Of a DNA stretch of 64,000 nucleotides, positions 29,587-39,137 are shown one piece after another. Source of the DNA: an uncultured delta proteobacterium (GTDB taxonomy: Bacteria; Desulfobacterota; Desulfobacteria; Desulfobacterales; SpSt-501); contig CAVOWH010000004.1 of assembly GCA_963700055.1 (NCBI GenBank), positions 141,250-205,249 of the forward strand, in the 5' to 3' direction. Below the pieces are notes generated by a model. It saw only the letters and a list, made by a program, of their open reading frames with translations. It searched no databases and was not told where the DNA came from. Both the position numbers and the translations under genes were made by a program. How positions within the stretch are numbered: the first letter of the stretch is position 1; each line of letters opens with the position of its first letter.

Positions 29587-29961
29587 ATGAAAATCTTTGC
29601 GAAAGTCACGGAACGCCGTCGCCTTAAGCGGCAGACCGTCATCGGCAGCCCGGTAGCCATCATGCGCCCCGGCCCCCCGTGGCCGGGCAAGGTGACCCGA
29701 ATCAGTCTCGACAGTGTGGAGATCGTCTACGAACAAGTCAGCGTCGCGAACCCCGCCGAAACCGGTGAGCTCGATATCTTCGCTGCCGACTTCGTGCGGC
29801 CGGTCTGCCTGGAGCGGCTGCCGGTCAAGATGATTTCGGACAGTTCGACCAGCGGTTTTAGGGATCCGGCGGCACGCAAACGGGTGCTGGGATTCGATCA
29901 CATAACTCCGGACCAGCGCAACCAGCTGCAAAGCTTCATCTACTCGTTCGCATACGGATGA
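29587..29961 (+). CDS. PilZ-like domain protein (degenerate)
   Basis: RBS GAGGAG; ERRRLKR (RxxxR); the second motif reads RISLDS rather than D/NxSxxG; C-terminal F...QRNQLQSFI helix typical of PilZ. Confidence 0.6.
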   Translation: MKIFAKVTERRRLKRQTVIGSPVAIMRPGPPWPGKVTRISLDSVEIVYEQVSVANPAETGELDIFAADFVRPVCLERLPVKMISDSSTSGFRDPAARKRVLGFDHITPDQRNQLQSFIYSFAYG

Positions 29962-29999
29962 GGCCTGCGGCCGTAACCGCCAGAACGGACAGAAGCAGA

Positions 30000-30881
30000 T
30001 CAGGCCGGCGGTGGGATGGGCGAGGCAGCCGTGTATCCAGCTTCGGCTGCCTTCAGATCGAGATGCAGGCTGGCGACCTGCTCAAGCGGAGGGTAGGCGC
30101 GGCGGGTGAGCACGCGGGTGTCCACCGTTTTGATGTAGTTGCGACAGGATTCGCAGGCGTCCACGCGGTATTCCTTTTCTTCATCGCTGTAGAAGTACAG
30201 CAGCCCCTGTTGGTCCCGGCTGCCGCAGAAAGGGCACAAGACCCGGTTCAGAGGCCACTTCTGCCAGCAGAAGCTGCAAAACAGGTAGCGCTGCCCCTCG
30301 CCTTCCAGCCACGCGATCGCCGGCAGGCTGCCGCACACCGGGCAGTATCCCTGCTCCCCGGAGGGAGAAGGCTCGAGATGCGCGGCCAGTTGGGCGGCGC
30401 AACTGCAAAGGGAAGGCCGCAGGCAGTGGTAGAGGAAGAAGGCCAGCGTTTTCGGCTCAACGCCCAGATCGTCTGCGCCGGCGACCACGGCGGATTCCTG
30501 CGCCTTTATAAATGGACCGAAAAGGGCGGTCGCTTTCCCCGTTTGGCCGGACAGGGTCCGGGCCGCCCCGGCCAGCTCCGACCCGCAGTCGATCGCAATG
30601 CTGCAAAGGGCTTCCAAGAAATCCTTTGAGACCTGCGGGTCGAAAACCATCTCCGAGGCCATGACCAAGGGCATTTGCTCCCGGCGCTTGATGCGGACCA
30701 GATCCTCGGCCAGATGGATGGGCTCTAAATGGATGCGCGGCCGCGCCTCCTCCTGCGCCGCAAAGATGCGCCCGTAAAACGTGATCAGCTCTCGATAGGC
30801 AGGCCTCGCAGCGATGATACCCTCGGCTGCCTGCCGCACCGTCTCGGGGGTATAGCCCGGATCTGGTTTAATGCTCGCCAT
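30000..30881 (-). CDS. fdhE: Formate dehydrogenase accessory protein FdhE
   Basis: CPVCGSLP, CSFCWQKW, CPFCG, CESCRNYIK and ASLHLD. Confidence 0.93.
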   Translation of the reverse strand: MASIKPDPGYTPETVRQAAEGIIAARPAYRELITFYGRIFAAQEEARPRIHLEPIHLAEDLVRIKRREQMPLVMASEMVFDPQVSKDFLEALCSIAIDCGSELAGAARTLSGQTGKATALFGPFIKAQESAVVAGADDLGVEPKTLAFFLYHCLRPSLCSCAAQLAAHLEPSPSGEQGYCPVCGSLPAIAWLEGEGQRYLFCSFCWQKWPLNRVLCPFCGSRDQQGLLYFYSDEEKEYRVDACESCRNYIKTVDTRVLTRRAYPPLEQVASLHLDLKAAEAGYTAASPIPPPA

Positions 30882-30954
30882 CGAATCCCTCAGCCGGCAA
30901 GTGTTGCGCGGTCTCTTATCACTGAAATTGGGTGTGTTTTGCGAAAAAAAATCA

Positions 30955-31032
30955 GACAGGATTAACAGGATATTCAGGATGCTTGCCAGCCCTGTGTTGT
31001 CAGACTATCCTGTCCATCCTGTAAATCCTGTC
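30955..31032. repeat. Intergenic inverted repeat built of CAGGAT/ATCCTG units (REP/MITE-like)
   Basis: GACAGGATTAACAGGAT (30955-30971) versus ATCCTGTAAATCCTGTC (31016-31032): 16/17 complementary, with a third unit on each arm. Confidence 0.8.
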
Positions 31033-31090
31033 GGATGTAACCTTTCTTCAAAATCCCTGGTTCCAGCTCGCCCGGGTGGGGTGCTAGAGG

Positions 31091-31128
31091 AAAACAGCAG
31101 GGGGGAGGAAACTCCATCCCCTCCCCCC
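31091..31128 (-). terminator. Probable terminator/stem-loop after fdhB
   Basis: GGGGGAGG/CCTCCCCC stem, followed on the minus strand by TGCTGTTTT. Confidence 0.5.
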
Positions 31129-31151
31129 CGAGCGTGTCGTTCGGCAAACAG

Positions 31152-31871
31152 CTAGCCCAACTGTGCGAAGAAACTCCTCAGCGGGCTCAGCATCCGCTGC
31201 ATGGCCACCGCGCGCGTGACGTCGATTTCGCGCTCGGAGGCCACCGCGTATTCCCAGTAAAGGTTCGGATCGTAGGCAACCAGATAGATCACCCGGGTCT
31301 TATCCGGGTTGAGCAGGGCCGCCTTGGGATATTTGTGTTTGATCTCGGCCAGCCGGTATCGGGCGTACTCGCGTATCTCCTTGTATTCCCCGAAGTTCAT
31401 GGTGCCCGTGGGACATGTCTTAACACAGGCCGGAAGCAGGCCGTTGGACACCCGGTCGATGCACATGTCGCATTTGGCCAGGCTGCCGTCGGGTCCCTTA
31501 CGGGGAATGTTGTATGGGCAGGATTGGATGATGCTCTCCGCGTCCAGATCCTTGGTCACCTTGGTGTAGAGCACCGCGCCGGTGGCCTTGTCTTTGTAGA
31601 TCGCTTGAGGCTCTCCTGCGGCCTCCAGGCACGGCGGTTCGGTGCAGTGCCGGCACTGGTCCGGGAAAAACAGCCACTGCAGCTTCTTGTTGATCTCGGC
31701 CTCACTCATCCGCACGAGCTTGTAAGTGCTGAAGGAGAGATCTTCCGGGTTCTGGAACGACCCCCGGTTGACGGTCTTTTCCGCCGGCAGCTTTTTCCAC
31801 TGCTTGCAGGCGATCTGGCAGCCGCGGCAGCCGGTGCAGGTGGTCGTGTCGATGAAAAATGCCTTGGTCAT
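31152..31871 (-). CDS. fdhB: Formate dehydrogenase iron-sulfur (beta) subunit
   Basis: CTGCRGCQIAC, CRHCTEPPC and CDMCIDR...PACVKTC. Confidence 0.95.
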   Translation of the reverse strand: MTKAFFIDTTTCTGCRGCQIACKQWKKLPAEKTVNRGSFQNPEDLSFSTYKLVRMSEAEINKKLQWLFFPDQCRHCTEPPCLEAAGEPQAIYKDKATGAVLYTKVTKDLDAESIIQSCPYNIPRKGPDGSLAKCDMCIDRVSNGLLPACVKTCPTGTMNFGEYKEIREYARYRLAEIKHKYPKAALLNPDKTRVIYLVAYDPNLYWEYAVASEREIDVTRAVAMQRMLSPLRSFFAQLG

Positions 31872-31891
31872 ATAAGATCACCTCCTTCCGT

Positions 31892-34800
31892 TTAGATCTT
31901 CACGATGTTGACCATGAAGGCCTTGGTTTCAGGGATGCGGGTGTTGGGGTCTCCGGTCGACGGCGTGAGCAGGTTGATGCTCTCCTCCTTGCCGCTTTCC
32001 GGCCAGCGCCAGCCGTAGTGCCACGGGAAGCCGACCTCGTGCACGACAAGGTCACTCAGCTTGAAGGGCTTGAAGCGCTTGGTGACGATGGCGGTGCACT
32101 CCACCGTACCCCGCGCCGAGACCGCCTTGACCCGCTGGCCGTTCTTGATCTGCTTGAGGGCCGCCAGCTCCTCGCTGAGCTCGACGAACATCTGCGGCTG
32201 GGCCTCCATCAGCCAAGCCTGGGGCCGGGTCATCAAACCGGTCTGCCAGTGCTCACTTACCCGGTAGCTGGTGCCCACGTAAGGATAGCGCGGGTCGCAG
32301 GTGGCGAAGGCGTCGGCCTTGCCGCCCCACACCGGGGCCACGGGGCTCATGCGCTGGGCGTTCATGTAGTTTTTTTCCACCGGGCACTCCAGCGGCTCGT
32401 AGTGTTCCGGGAAGGGGCCGTCGTTGAGACCCGGGCCGAAAATCTGGGCGAAGCCGTGGCGGGTCATGATGAACGGCCAGCGCGCGGCGGAATTCGGGTT
32501 CTTCAGGTCGCCCAGCGGCGGCCAGGGGCCGTCGGGCACATCGCCCACCCACTTGCTGCCGTCCCACTGAATGACCCAGTCCTTGCGGTCGCGCGGCTGC
32601 CCCTGCGGGTCCACCGATGCGCGGTTGTAGATGATCCGCCGGTTGACCGGCCAGGCCCAGGCGAACTCGGGGTAAAGGCCGATGTTGTTGGGGGCGTCCT
32701 GCTGGCTGCGGCGGGCGGCCATGTTGCCCTTGTCGGTGTAGCTGCCGCAGTAGATCCAGTTGCCGGAAGCCGTGGTGCCGTCGGCCTGGAGGAACGCGAA
32801 GCTCGGCACCAGGGAGCCCTTCTTGTAAACCGTGTCCCCCACCTTCACGTCATCCAGGAAGTAGCCGTTGATCCACTTGGCCACCTGGTGGGGGTCGAAC
32901 TCGCCGTGCGAATTGGCGTAGTCCCACTTAAGGTTGAGAACGGGCTCGGGGAAGGCCCCGCCCTCTTTCTTGTACAGCTCCCTGATCTTGTTGCCCAAAG
33001 CCAGGATGATGTCCCCGTCCGGGCGGCTCTGCCCCATGGGCTTGGGCCCGGCGTAGCGCCACTGCATCCAGCGGCCGCTGTTGGTGATGCTGCCCTCTTT
33101 TTCGACCGAAACGCAGGCCGGCAGCATGAACACTTCGGTCTTGATCTTGGCCGGGTCCACGCCGGGGCCGTGCCAGAAGGAGCCGGTTTCGTTGTCGAAG
33201 AGGTTGACGTTCACCATCCAGTCGAGCTTGGCCATGGCCTCGCGGTTCTTGCCGGCGTTCGCCCCGCTGCAGGCCGGGTTCATGCCCCAGGCGAAAAAGC
33301 CCTTGATGGACCCCTTGAGCATCTCGTCGAAGAGATCCAGCCAGCTGTAAGCCTTGCCGGCGTCGAGCTTGGGCATCCAGTTATAACCGAACTCGTTTTC
33401 CTTGGCGGCGGCCTCGCCGAAATAGGCCTTGAGCAGGCTGACCATGTACTTGGGCTCGTTCTGCCACCAGTTGGCGCTGAGCGGGTCGGTGCTCTTGGGC
33501 CGGCGCTTGAGGTAGTCTTCCAGCTTCGGCCAGTTGGTGGCCGGTGTCGCCAGATACCCGGGAATAATGTGGAAGAGCAGGGCCGCATCGGTGGACCCCT
33601 GCACGTTGGACTCCCCGCGCAGCGCGTTCACGCCGCCGCCCGCCACGCCCATGTTGCCGAGCAGGGTCTGAATGATGGACATGGTGCGGATGTTCTGGAC
33701 GCCCACGGTGTGCTGGGTCCAGCCCATGGCGTACATGATGGTGCCGGCCTTGCCCTTGGCGCCTGTCGCGGCATACGTCTTGTAGACTTCCACGAGGTCC
33801 TTCTCAGGGGTGCCGGTGATCTTGGAAACCAGGCCCAGGTTGTAGCGATCGTAATGGGCCTTCATAAGTTGGAAGACGCAGCGCTTGTCTTGCAGGGTCA
33901 GGTCGCGCTTGGGCACGCCGTTGGCGTCCATCTGCAGGGCCCACTTGCTCTTGTCGTAGGACCGCTTCTGGGCATCGTAGCCGGAAAAAAGCCCGTCCTT
34001 GAAATCGAAACCCTCGCCCACCAGCATGCTGGCGTCCGTGTAGCCGACGACGTACTCCTCGTCGGAAAGCTTGTTGTCGATGATGTACTTGATCATCCCG
34101 CCCAGGAAGGCGATGTCGGTCCCGGAACGCAGGGCCGTATAGATGTCCGCCTTGGCCGAGGTGCGCGTGAAGCGCGGATCCACGTTGATCATCTTGCCGC
34201 CCCGGTTCTGGGCCTCGGTGACGTATTTCATGGAAATCGGGTGGTTCTCGGCAGCGTTGCTGCCCATGATGAGAATGACGTCGCTGTTCTTGAGATCGAT
34301 CCAGTGGTTGGTCATCGCGCCGCGTCCGAACGACTCTGCCAGAGCCGCTACCGTGGCGCTGTGTCAGATACGGGCCTGGTGTTCGATGTACACCAGGCCG
34401 ATGGACCGCAGAAACGCCTGGTAGATCCAGCACTCCTCGTTGTCGAGCGCCGCGCTGCCCACCGAGGCGATGGCCTCCGTGCGATTGACCGTCTCGCCCT
34501 TGGCGTTCTGGGCCGTGAAGCTGGCGTCGCGGGTGGCCTTGACCCGTTTGGCGATGGTATCGAGCGTCCAGTCCCAAGTCACCGGCTTCCACTCTTTGGC
34601 TCCGGGCGCCCGGTACATGGGCTGGGTCAGCCGATTCTTGTTTTCGGCCAGCTGCGAGAGCGAGGCGCCCTTGGAGCACAGGGCCCCGCGGTTGATGACG
34701 TGGTTCGGGTCGCCTTCGATGTTGATGACCCGGCCGTCCTTCTGGCTGGTTGACACGATGGCACCACATCCCACCGCACAGTAGCAGCAGATCGTGGTGG

Positions 34801-34936
34801 TTTCCTTGGCGGCCTTGGTCTTGAGCTCCCGGGCATGGGCCATGACGGGTTTGAGATCGGATCCCAGGCCGCTGAATGCCACCCCCGCCGCGGCGGCACC
34901 CGTGACCTGGACAAACTGCCTGCGTGTCAGTTCCAT
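31892..34936 (-). CDS. fdhA: Tat-exported Mo/W formate dehydrogenase alpha subunit, selenocysteine-containing (TGA at 34364-34366)
   Basis: Two ORF-track pieces join in frame across TGA: IEHQARI-U-HSATVAALAESFGRGAMTNHW. Also Tat motif TRRQF, CCYCAVGC [4Fe-4S] motif and LRGESNVQG. 1014 aa. Confidence 0.97.
34332..34346 (-). promoter_or_regulatory. Bacterial SECIS hairpin
   Basis: GGCUCU-GGC-AGAGUC stem-loop starting 17 nt 3' of the UGA. Confidence 0.8.
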
Positions 34937-35114
34937 AGATCACCCCTCCTTCCTTGGTGTTTCACAGTGAGAATTACGCGCGGTTTGGATCAATATGAGC
35001 CGCAAAAATCTATCTTACTCACCAAGCCAACGCTTGGAATTAGGCAAAATGTTTAGAATGGCGGGTGGAACTTGGCGAAAAGGAGCTTAGAGCTGTTATT
35101 ACCTGTAAGCCAAA

Positions 35115-35161
35115 GTCGATAATACTTTGTCCTTATACGACGACGGTATCTTCGATGTCAA
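35115..35161 (-). promoter_or_regulatory. Candidate fdhA promoter overlapped by a ModE-like palindrome
   Basis: Minus-strand TTGACA-N18-TATAAG (35161-35132); GTCGATAATACTTTGTCCTTATACGAC (35115-35141) has inverted arms. Confidence 0.45.
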
Positions 35162-35205
35162 CAAATGTGCGCCATGCAGGATAGCAGGACCGGCGACAGA
35201 TAGGA

Positions 35206-35541
35206 TCATTGCCTGGTTTGGCGCAGAATGAGGTCTCCGACCCCGGGAAGTTCTATCGATAGCGCTTTTTCGGCCGGGATGAGTTGCGCCACCATGACCC
35301 CTCCGGTCTTGAAGTGCAGCCAAAGGGCGCCGCTGCGCTCTTCCCAGCGCAGCGGCGTGCTTTCCTGGTCGGCCGACCATTGGCCTTTGCCGCCGGCCTG
35401 AAGGATCAGCGTCACCGCGCCTCCGGGGTCGGTTCCCGTTTGCCCCATGTAGCGCCCTTCCCAAACGGACCCGGATTCACATGACGCACACAGAAGCCCG
35501 ATCAGCAGCAGACCCGCCAGCAGGCGATAGGGTCGCCTCAT
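35206..35541 (-). CDS. Hypothetical lipoprotein
   Basis: Lipobox LCASC; beta-rich body; 4-nt overlap with the MauE/DoxX gene. Confidence 0.75.
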   Translation of the reverse strand: MRRPYRLLAGLLLIGLLCASCESGSVWEGRYMGQTGTDPGGAVTLILQAGGKGQWSADQESTPLRWEERSGALWLHFKTGGVMVAQLIPAEKALSIELPGVGDLILRQTRQ

Positions 35542-36023
35542 CCCTCCACCTCCTGCAGGGCTTTAAAAACTCTGCCCTCAAGCTGCAGGGCGGATGGGAA
35601 AAAATAAACCTGCAGCGCCATGACCAGCCAGAGCAGGTCGCGCGCCAGCGTGTCCCAGCCCAGAGGCTCCTCTACCGAGGTGAAGCACCCGCACCCGATG
35701 GGAATGCCTCGCAACAGGGTGATCAGGATCGCCAGGCTGAAGAGCACCAGCAGGCCTCCAATTACGGCTGCCGCGGATCTGGTGCGAACGCCGAGAACCA
35801 GCAGAACGCCGCAAGCCAGCTCGGTCCACGGCATGATCAGGGCCATGAAGTTCACCGCCCAGTAAGGCACCAGCTGGTAACTTGCGATGGTTTCGGCGAA
35901 CTCGCCGGGATAGTTGATCTTGTACATGCTGGCGTAGATGAACACCCCGCCCACGTACACGCGCAGCAGCAGCCCCAGCACGGGGTGGGTGATCGATGCC
36001 GTCAGCCAGCCGGGCCATTTCAT
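35538..36023 (-). CDS. MauE/DoxX-family membrane protein
   Basis: LLRVYVGGVFIYASMYK, LIMPWTEL and GIPIGCGCF. Confidence 0.9.
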   Translation of the reverse strand: MKWPGWLTASITHPVLGLLLRVYVGGVFIYASMYKINYPGEFAETIASYQLVPYWAVNFMALIMPWTELACGVLLVLGVRTRSAAAVIGGLLVLFSLAILITLLRGIPIGCGCFTSVEEPLGWDTLARDLLWLVMALQVYFFPSALQLEGRVFKALQEVEG

Positions 36024-37762
36024 GGCGACACCGCAAAGCCTTTCTCTTCCCAGGCCGCCAGGCCGCCTTCCAGGACCTTGACCTGGTCGTGGCTCTGCAG
36101 CAGGCGCCAGGCCACTTCGTCGTCGTACCGTTTGCTGATGGTGCGGCCGTAGATCAGCACCACCTGCTCGGGCTTGAGCGTCGGGCCGAGTTTCATGGGA
36201 AAGATCACGTCGAACAGCGCCGCCGGGATGTTGACGGCCTCGGCGATGTGCTTTTGCTGGAACAGTTCGGGCGGCCGGGCATCCACAAGAACGGCCTCGC
36301 TGCGGGACAGCATTTGATGCGCCGTGAGCACATCGACCCGGGGGGCCTGGGCCTGGAAAACGGCTTCCGGCACAACGGGGATGCCGTTCGGGCTGGAATA
36401 GTTGAATGCCAGCGCTAATACAGCGGAGATGATCACCATCAGGATCACGTCGGCCGGGCGAAAGCGCCCCGCCCGTTCGACCTCGCGCTGGATGAGCTGC
36501 TTCAGGCGGTTTTTGGCAACCTCCAGAAGCCGAATCTGGTGGCGGGCCTCGGTGAGGTCGGCGATGGTCCGGCGCAGGTCCGCATTGGTGCGGCGCAGAT
36601 CCTCGTTGAGGGCCTGGATGGTTTCGAAGGCGCGCGCATTCTTTAAAAACGCCATCCAGTTGACCGTCAACCCCCGCAGAAGCTCCCGCGCTTCCGCGGG
36701 CAGCGCCGACCCGCTCAGGGGCGGGCCGAGGGCGGCCATGCCCAGCAGTGAATCATCCACAGTGAACAGCGCCGCGGTGTGGACGGAAAAACCCAGCTCC
36801 GATTCAGGCAAGGCGGCCGGCGGGTCGAGGATGAAACCGGCCGACATCGGTGCCAGGCGCCGCTCCTCGGTCGCCTGGAACCCGCGGTAGAGGATCTTTT
36901 CAGCCTCCTCGAGAGTCCATTCCCGGAGCGCCGGGATACCGCGGCCGGCGGAACGGACCGCCCGGCTCTGCCGGTCGCAAAGCAGAACGCACCCCCGGCT
37001 TGCACCGAAGGTGCCCATCAGCGTCAGCAGGAAGGCTTCCAACAGGTTGTCGGTCGCGACGAGCGGGCTCAGCTCGGTGTTGAACTCATAGAGCGTCTGC
37101 AGGTGAAAGATCTGCCGGTCCAGGGTCGCGCGCGCCCTGGCGGCCTGGCGCTGGGAATCCTGAAGCTCATCGCCCTGGCGGCTCAGGCCGGCGCTGAGAT
37201 GCTGGACCTGGCGGTGGAAGAGGTTCTGCGCCAGGGCGTTGGCCATCGTCCCGGCCAGGTTGAGCAGGGCGGTCATATCCGCCTCGCCGAAAGCCTCCGC
37301 CGTAAGCCTGGGCCCAAGGGCCGACAGCAGCGCATAGTGGCCGTCCACCTTTTGTTTGAGGACGACCGCGGTGTCGGCCGGCAAGAGCCCCGGGTCCGCC
37401 GCCTGTGCGGGCAGAACGAATTCGGCATGGCGGGGCAGGCTGTGCTCGGGCAGATAGTGTTCGGCAATGCGAGCCAGGTTGCGTTCGCAGGCTTCGGCCT
37501 CCGGTCCGCTGAGCCCTCGCTGGGTGAGGTGCCCTTGGCGTGTTCGGGCATTCATCAGGACGGTCAGCCCGCGGGTGACCCCGAAGAGGCCCATGGCGGT
37601 GAGCAGGACGGTCTCCATGATCCTGCGGGGCTGATTGAGGCCGGAGAGCTCGCAGGCGACATCATGTAGGGCTTTCAGGTGAAACACCCGTCTGTCGAGG
37701 TCTGCCTGCGCCCGGGAGGCCTGCTCTAATGCCTCCCTTAATGCGGATTCCGCGGCGGCCAT
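36020..37762 (-). CDS. Tandem GAF-like domains + coiled coil + TM + rhodanese-homology domain lacking the catalytic Cys
   Basis: Start MAAAESAL (37762). Internal repeat DRRVFHLKALHDVACELS / DRQIFHLQTLYEFNTELS; TM VILMVIISAVLALAF; LVDARP, HIAEAVNIP, LIYGRT and VLEGGLAAW. Confidence 0.8.
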   Translation of the reverse strand: MAAAESALREALEQASRAQADLDRRVFHLKALHDVACELSGLNQPRRIMETVLLTAMGLFGVTRGLTVLMNARTRQGHLTQRGLSGPEAEACERNLARIAEHYLPEHSLPRHAEFVLPAQAADPGLLPADTAVVLKQKVDGHYALLSALGPRLTAEAFGEADMTALLNLAGTMANALAQNLFHRQVQHLSAGLSRQGDELQDSQRQAARARATLDRQIFHLQTLYEFNTELSPLVATDNLLEAFLLTLMGTFGASRGCVLLCDRQSRAVRSAGRGIPALREWTLEEAEKILYRGFQATEERRLAPMSAGFILDPPAALPESELGFSVHTAALFTVDDSLLGMAALGPPLSGSALPAEARELLRGLTVNWMAFLKNARAFETIQALNEDLRRTNADLRRTIADLTEARHQIRLLEVAKNRLKQLIQREVERAGRFRPADVILMVIISAVLALAFNYSSPNGIPVVPEAVFQAQAPRVDVLTAHQMLSRSEAVLVDARPPELFQQKHIAEAVNIPAALFDVIFPMKLGPTLKPEQVVLIYGRTISKRYDDEVAWRLLQSHDQVKVLEGGLAAWEEKGFAVSP

Positions 37763-37767
37763 GGTTT

Positions 37768-38325
37768 TCAGCGCACCAACTCGTTGATCAGTTTGAGGAA
37801 TGCGTCCAGGTCCTCGACGATTCCCATGTGGGTGTGCAGGACCTTGCCGTTCGGGTCCACGAGCAGGGTGAAGGGGGTCCGGGGTTCCCCCAGCAGCTTG
37901 TGGACGTCGAAGCGCGGGTCCGGGACGACCGGGAAGCTGTACTGCACCTGCTCGTACAAATATTTGATCTCGTTTTCGTTTCCTCCGGCGGCGAGCGCCA
38001 GCATCTTGACCTGGCCCTTCAGCTTGCCTTTTTCGATCCGGTTGAACAGCGTATTGAACAGGGGCGCCTGCCGATAGCACTGCGGGCAGTAAACGCCGAT
38101 AACTTCAAGCAGCAGCAAGCGGCAAGGGATATCCGCCAGCCGGAAGATCGCCTGGCGGATGCCGAGGTATTCCCGCGCCTTGTCGGCGGCCGGCGCCTGG
38201 AGCTCGAAGGCCGGAAGGGTGTCGCCCTTCTTGGGCAGGCCGGCACACCAGGCCGGACCAGCGGCACTTGACCACAAGATGCCGATTACGGGGAGCACAT
38301 TCAGGATAAACTGCAATGGTTTCAT
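37768..38325 (-). CDS. Exported TlpA/AhpC-TSA-like redoxin (CPQC)
   Basis: Signal peptide, KGDTLPAFEL, VIGVYCPQC, FPVVPD and TPFTLLVD. Confidence 0.85.
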   Translation of the reverse strand: MKPLQFILNVLPVIGILWSSAAGPAWCAGLPKKGDTLPAFELQAPAADKAREYLGIRQAIFRLADIPCRLLLLEVIGVYCPQCYRQAPLFNTLFNRIEKGKLKGQVKMLALAAGGNENEIKYLYEQVQYSFPVVPDPRFDVHKLLGEPRTPFTLLVDPNGKVLHTHMGIVEDLDAFLKLINELVR

Positions 38326-38371
38326 CACATCCCCCCTCAAGATAAACCCTATCAATACGGAATCAGGCCTG

Positions 38372-39079
38372 TCATCCCAGCGCCTCTTCCAGGGAGTCCA
38401 CTACCAGCACGATTTTCGAAAGCCCGACAATCTCAAAAACTTTGCGCAGGTTTTCGGACAACTCGGCCACCACGACATGGCGGCCTTGTTTCTGGCTTTC
38501 CAAAAGAAGCTGGGTCAGGATGGCGATCCCGGCGCCGTTGATGGCGGCATTCTCCAGAAAATGCAAAACGATGCGGGGTTTGTTGAGCGCCAGGGCCTCC
38601 TGGTAGAGTGCCTGGAACCGGGCTTCGGCTTTGGCGGTGATATTGCCTTGAATCACAATCACGGCGGCCTGCTCGGTCGGCTGGAGAACCATTTCCGTCG
38701 CCTGTTCGCTGGCCAGGCGCCGGCGCTCCCCGGCGCGCCGGATCGCCTGATCGAGCAGGTGGCGCTGGATGGGCTTGTTGATGAAATCGGTGGCATCCAG
38801 GTTCAGGGCTTGGATAGCCAGGTCCATATCGCCGTGGCCGGTGATGACAATGACCTCCACCGAAGGATCGATCTCCTTGATCCGCTTCAGGACCTCGATG
38901 CCGTTCATGCCTGGCATCTTGATGTCGGTCAGCACGATGGTCGGACGCTCGCGGTTGAAGACCTCCAACCCCTCCTGGCCGTTTTCCGCCGTCAGCACGT
39001 CGTAGCCATACGCGGCCAGCGTCAATCGAAACATCATCAACGTGGGTTTCTCATCGTCGATGACCAGAATCTTTTCCAT
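38372..39079 (-). CDS. Response regulator: REC + STAS
   Basis: VIDDEK, LTDIKMPG and INKP; C-terminal STAS (VIQGNI...INGAGIAIL...KVFEIVGL). Confidence 0.9.
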   Translation of the reverse strand: MEKILVIDDEKPTLMMFRLTLAAYGYDVLTAENGQEGLEVFNRERPTIVLTDIKMPGMNGIEVLKRIKEIDPSVEVIVITGHGDMDLAIQALNLDATDFINKPIQRHLLDQAIRRAGERRRLASEQATEMVLQPTEQAAVIVIQGNITAKAEARFQALYQEALALNKPRIVLHFLENAAINGAGIAILTQLLLESQKQGRHVVVAELSENLRKVFEIVGLSKIVLVVDSLEEALG

Positions 39080-39137
39080 GCCATGACCTCATTTTTTCAT
39101 CTCAAGTCATCACTGTTGACCCGCCGGTCAGGGCGGG

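Noticed and set aside
31892-34936. fdhA as a split gene or pseudogene
   Set aside because: The TGA is at the Sec position and has a SECIS.
36020-38080. 686-aa version of the GAF-rhodanese ORF
   Set aside because: The extra N-terminus overlaps the redoxin gene in another frame; the plausible start is ATG 37762.
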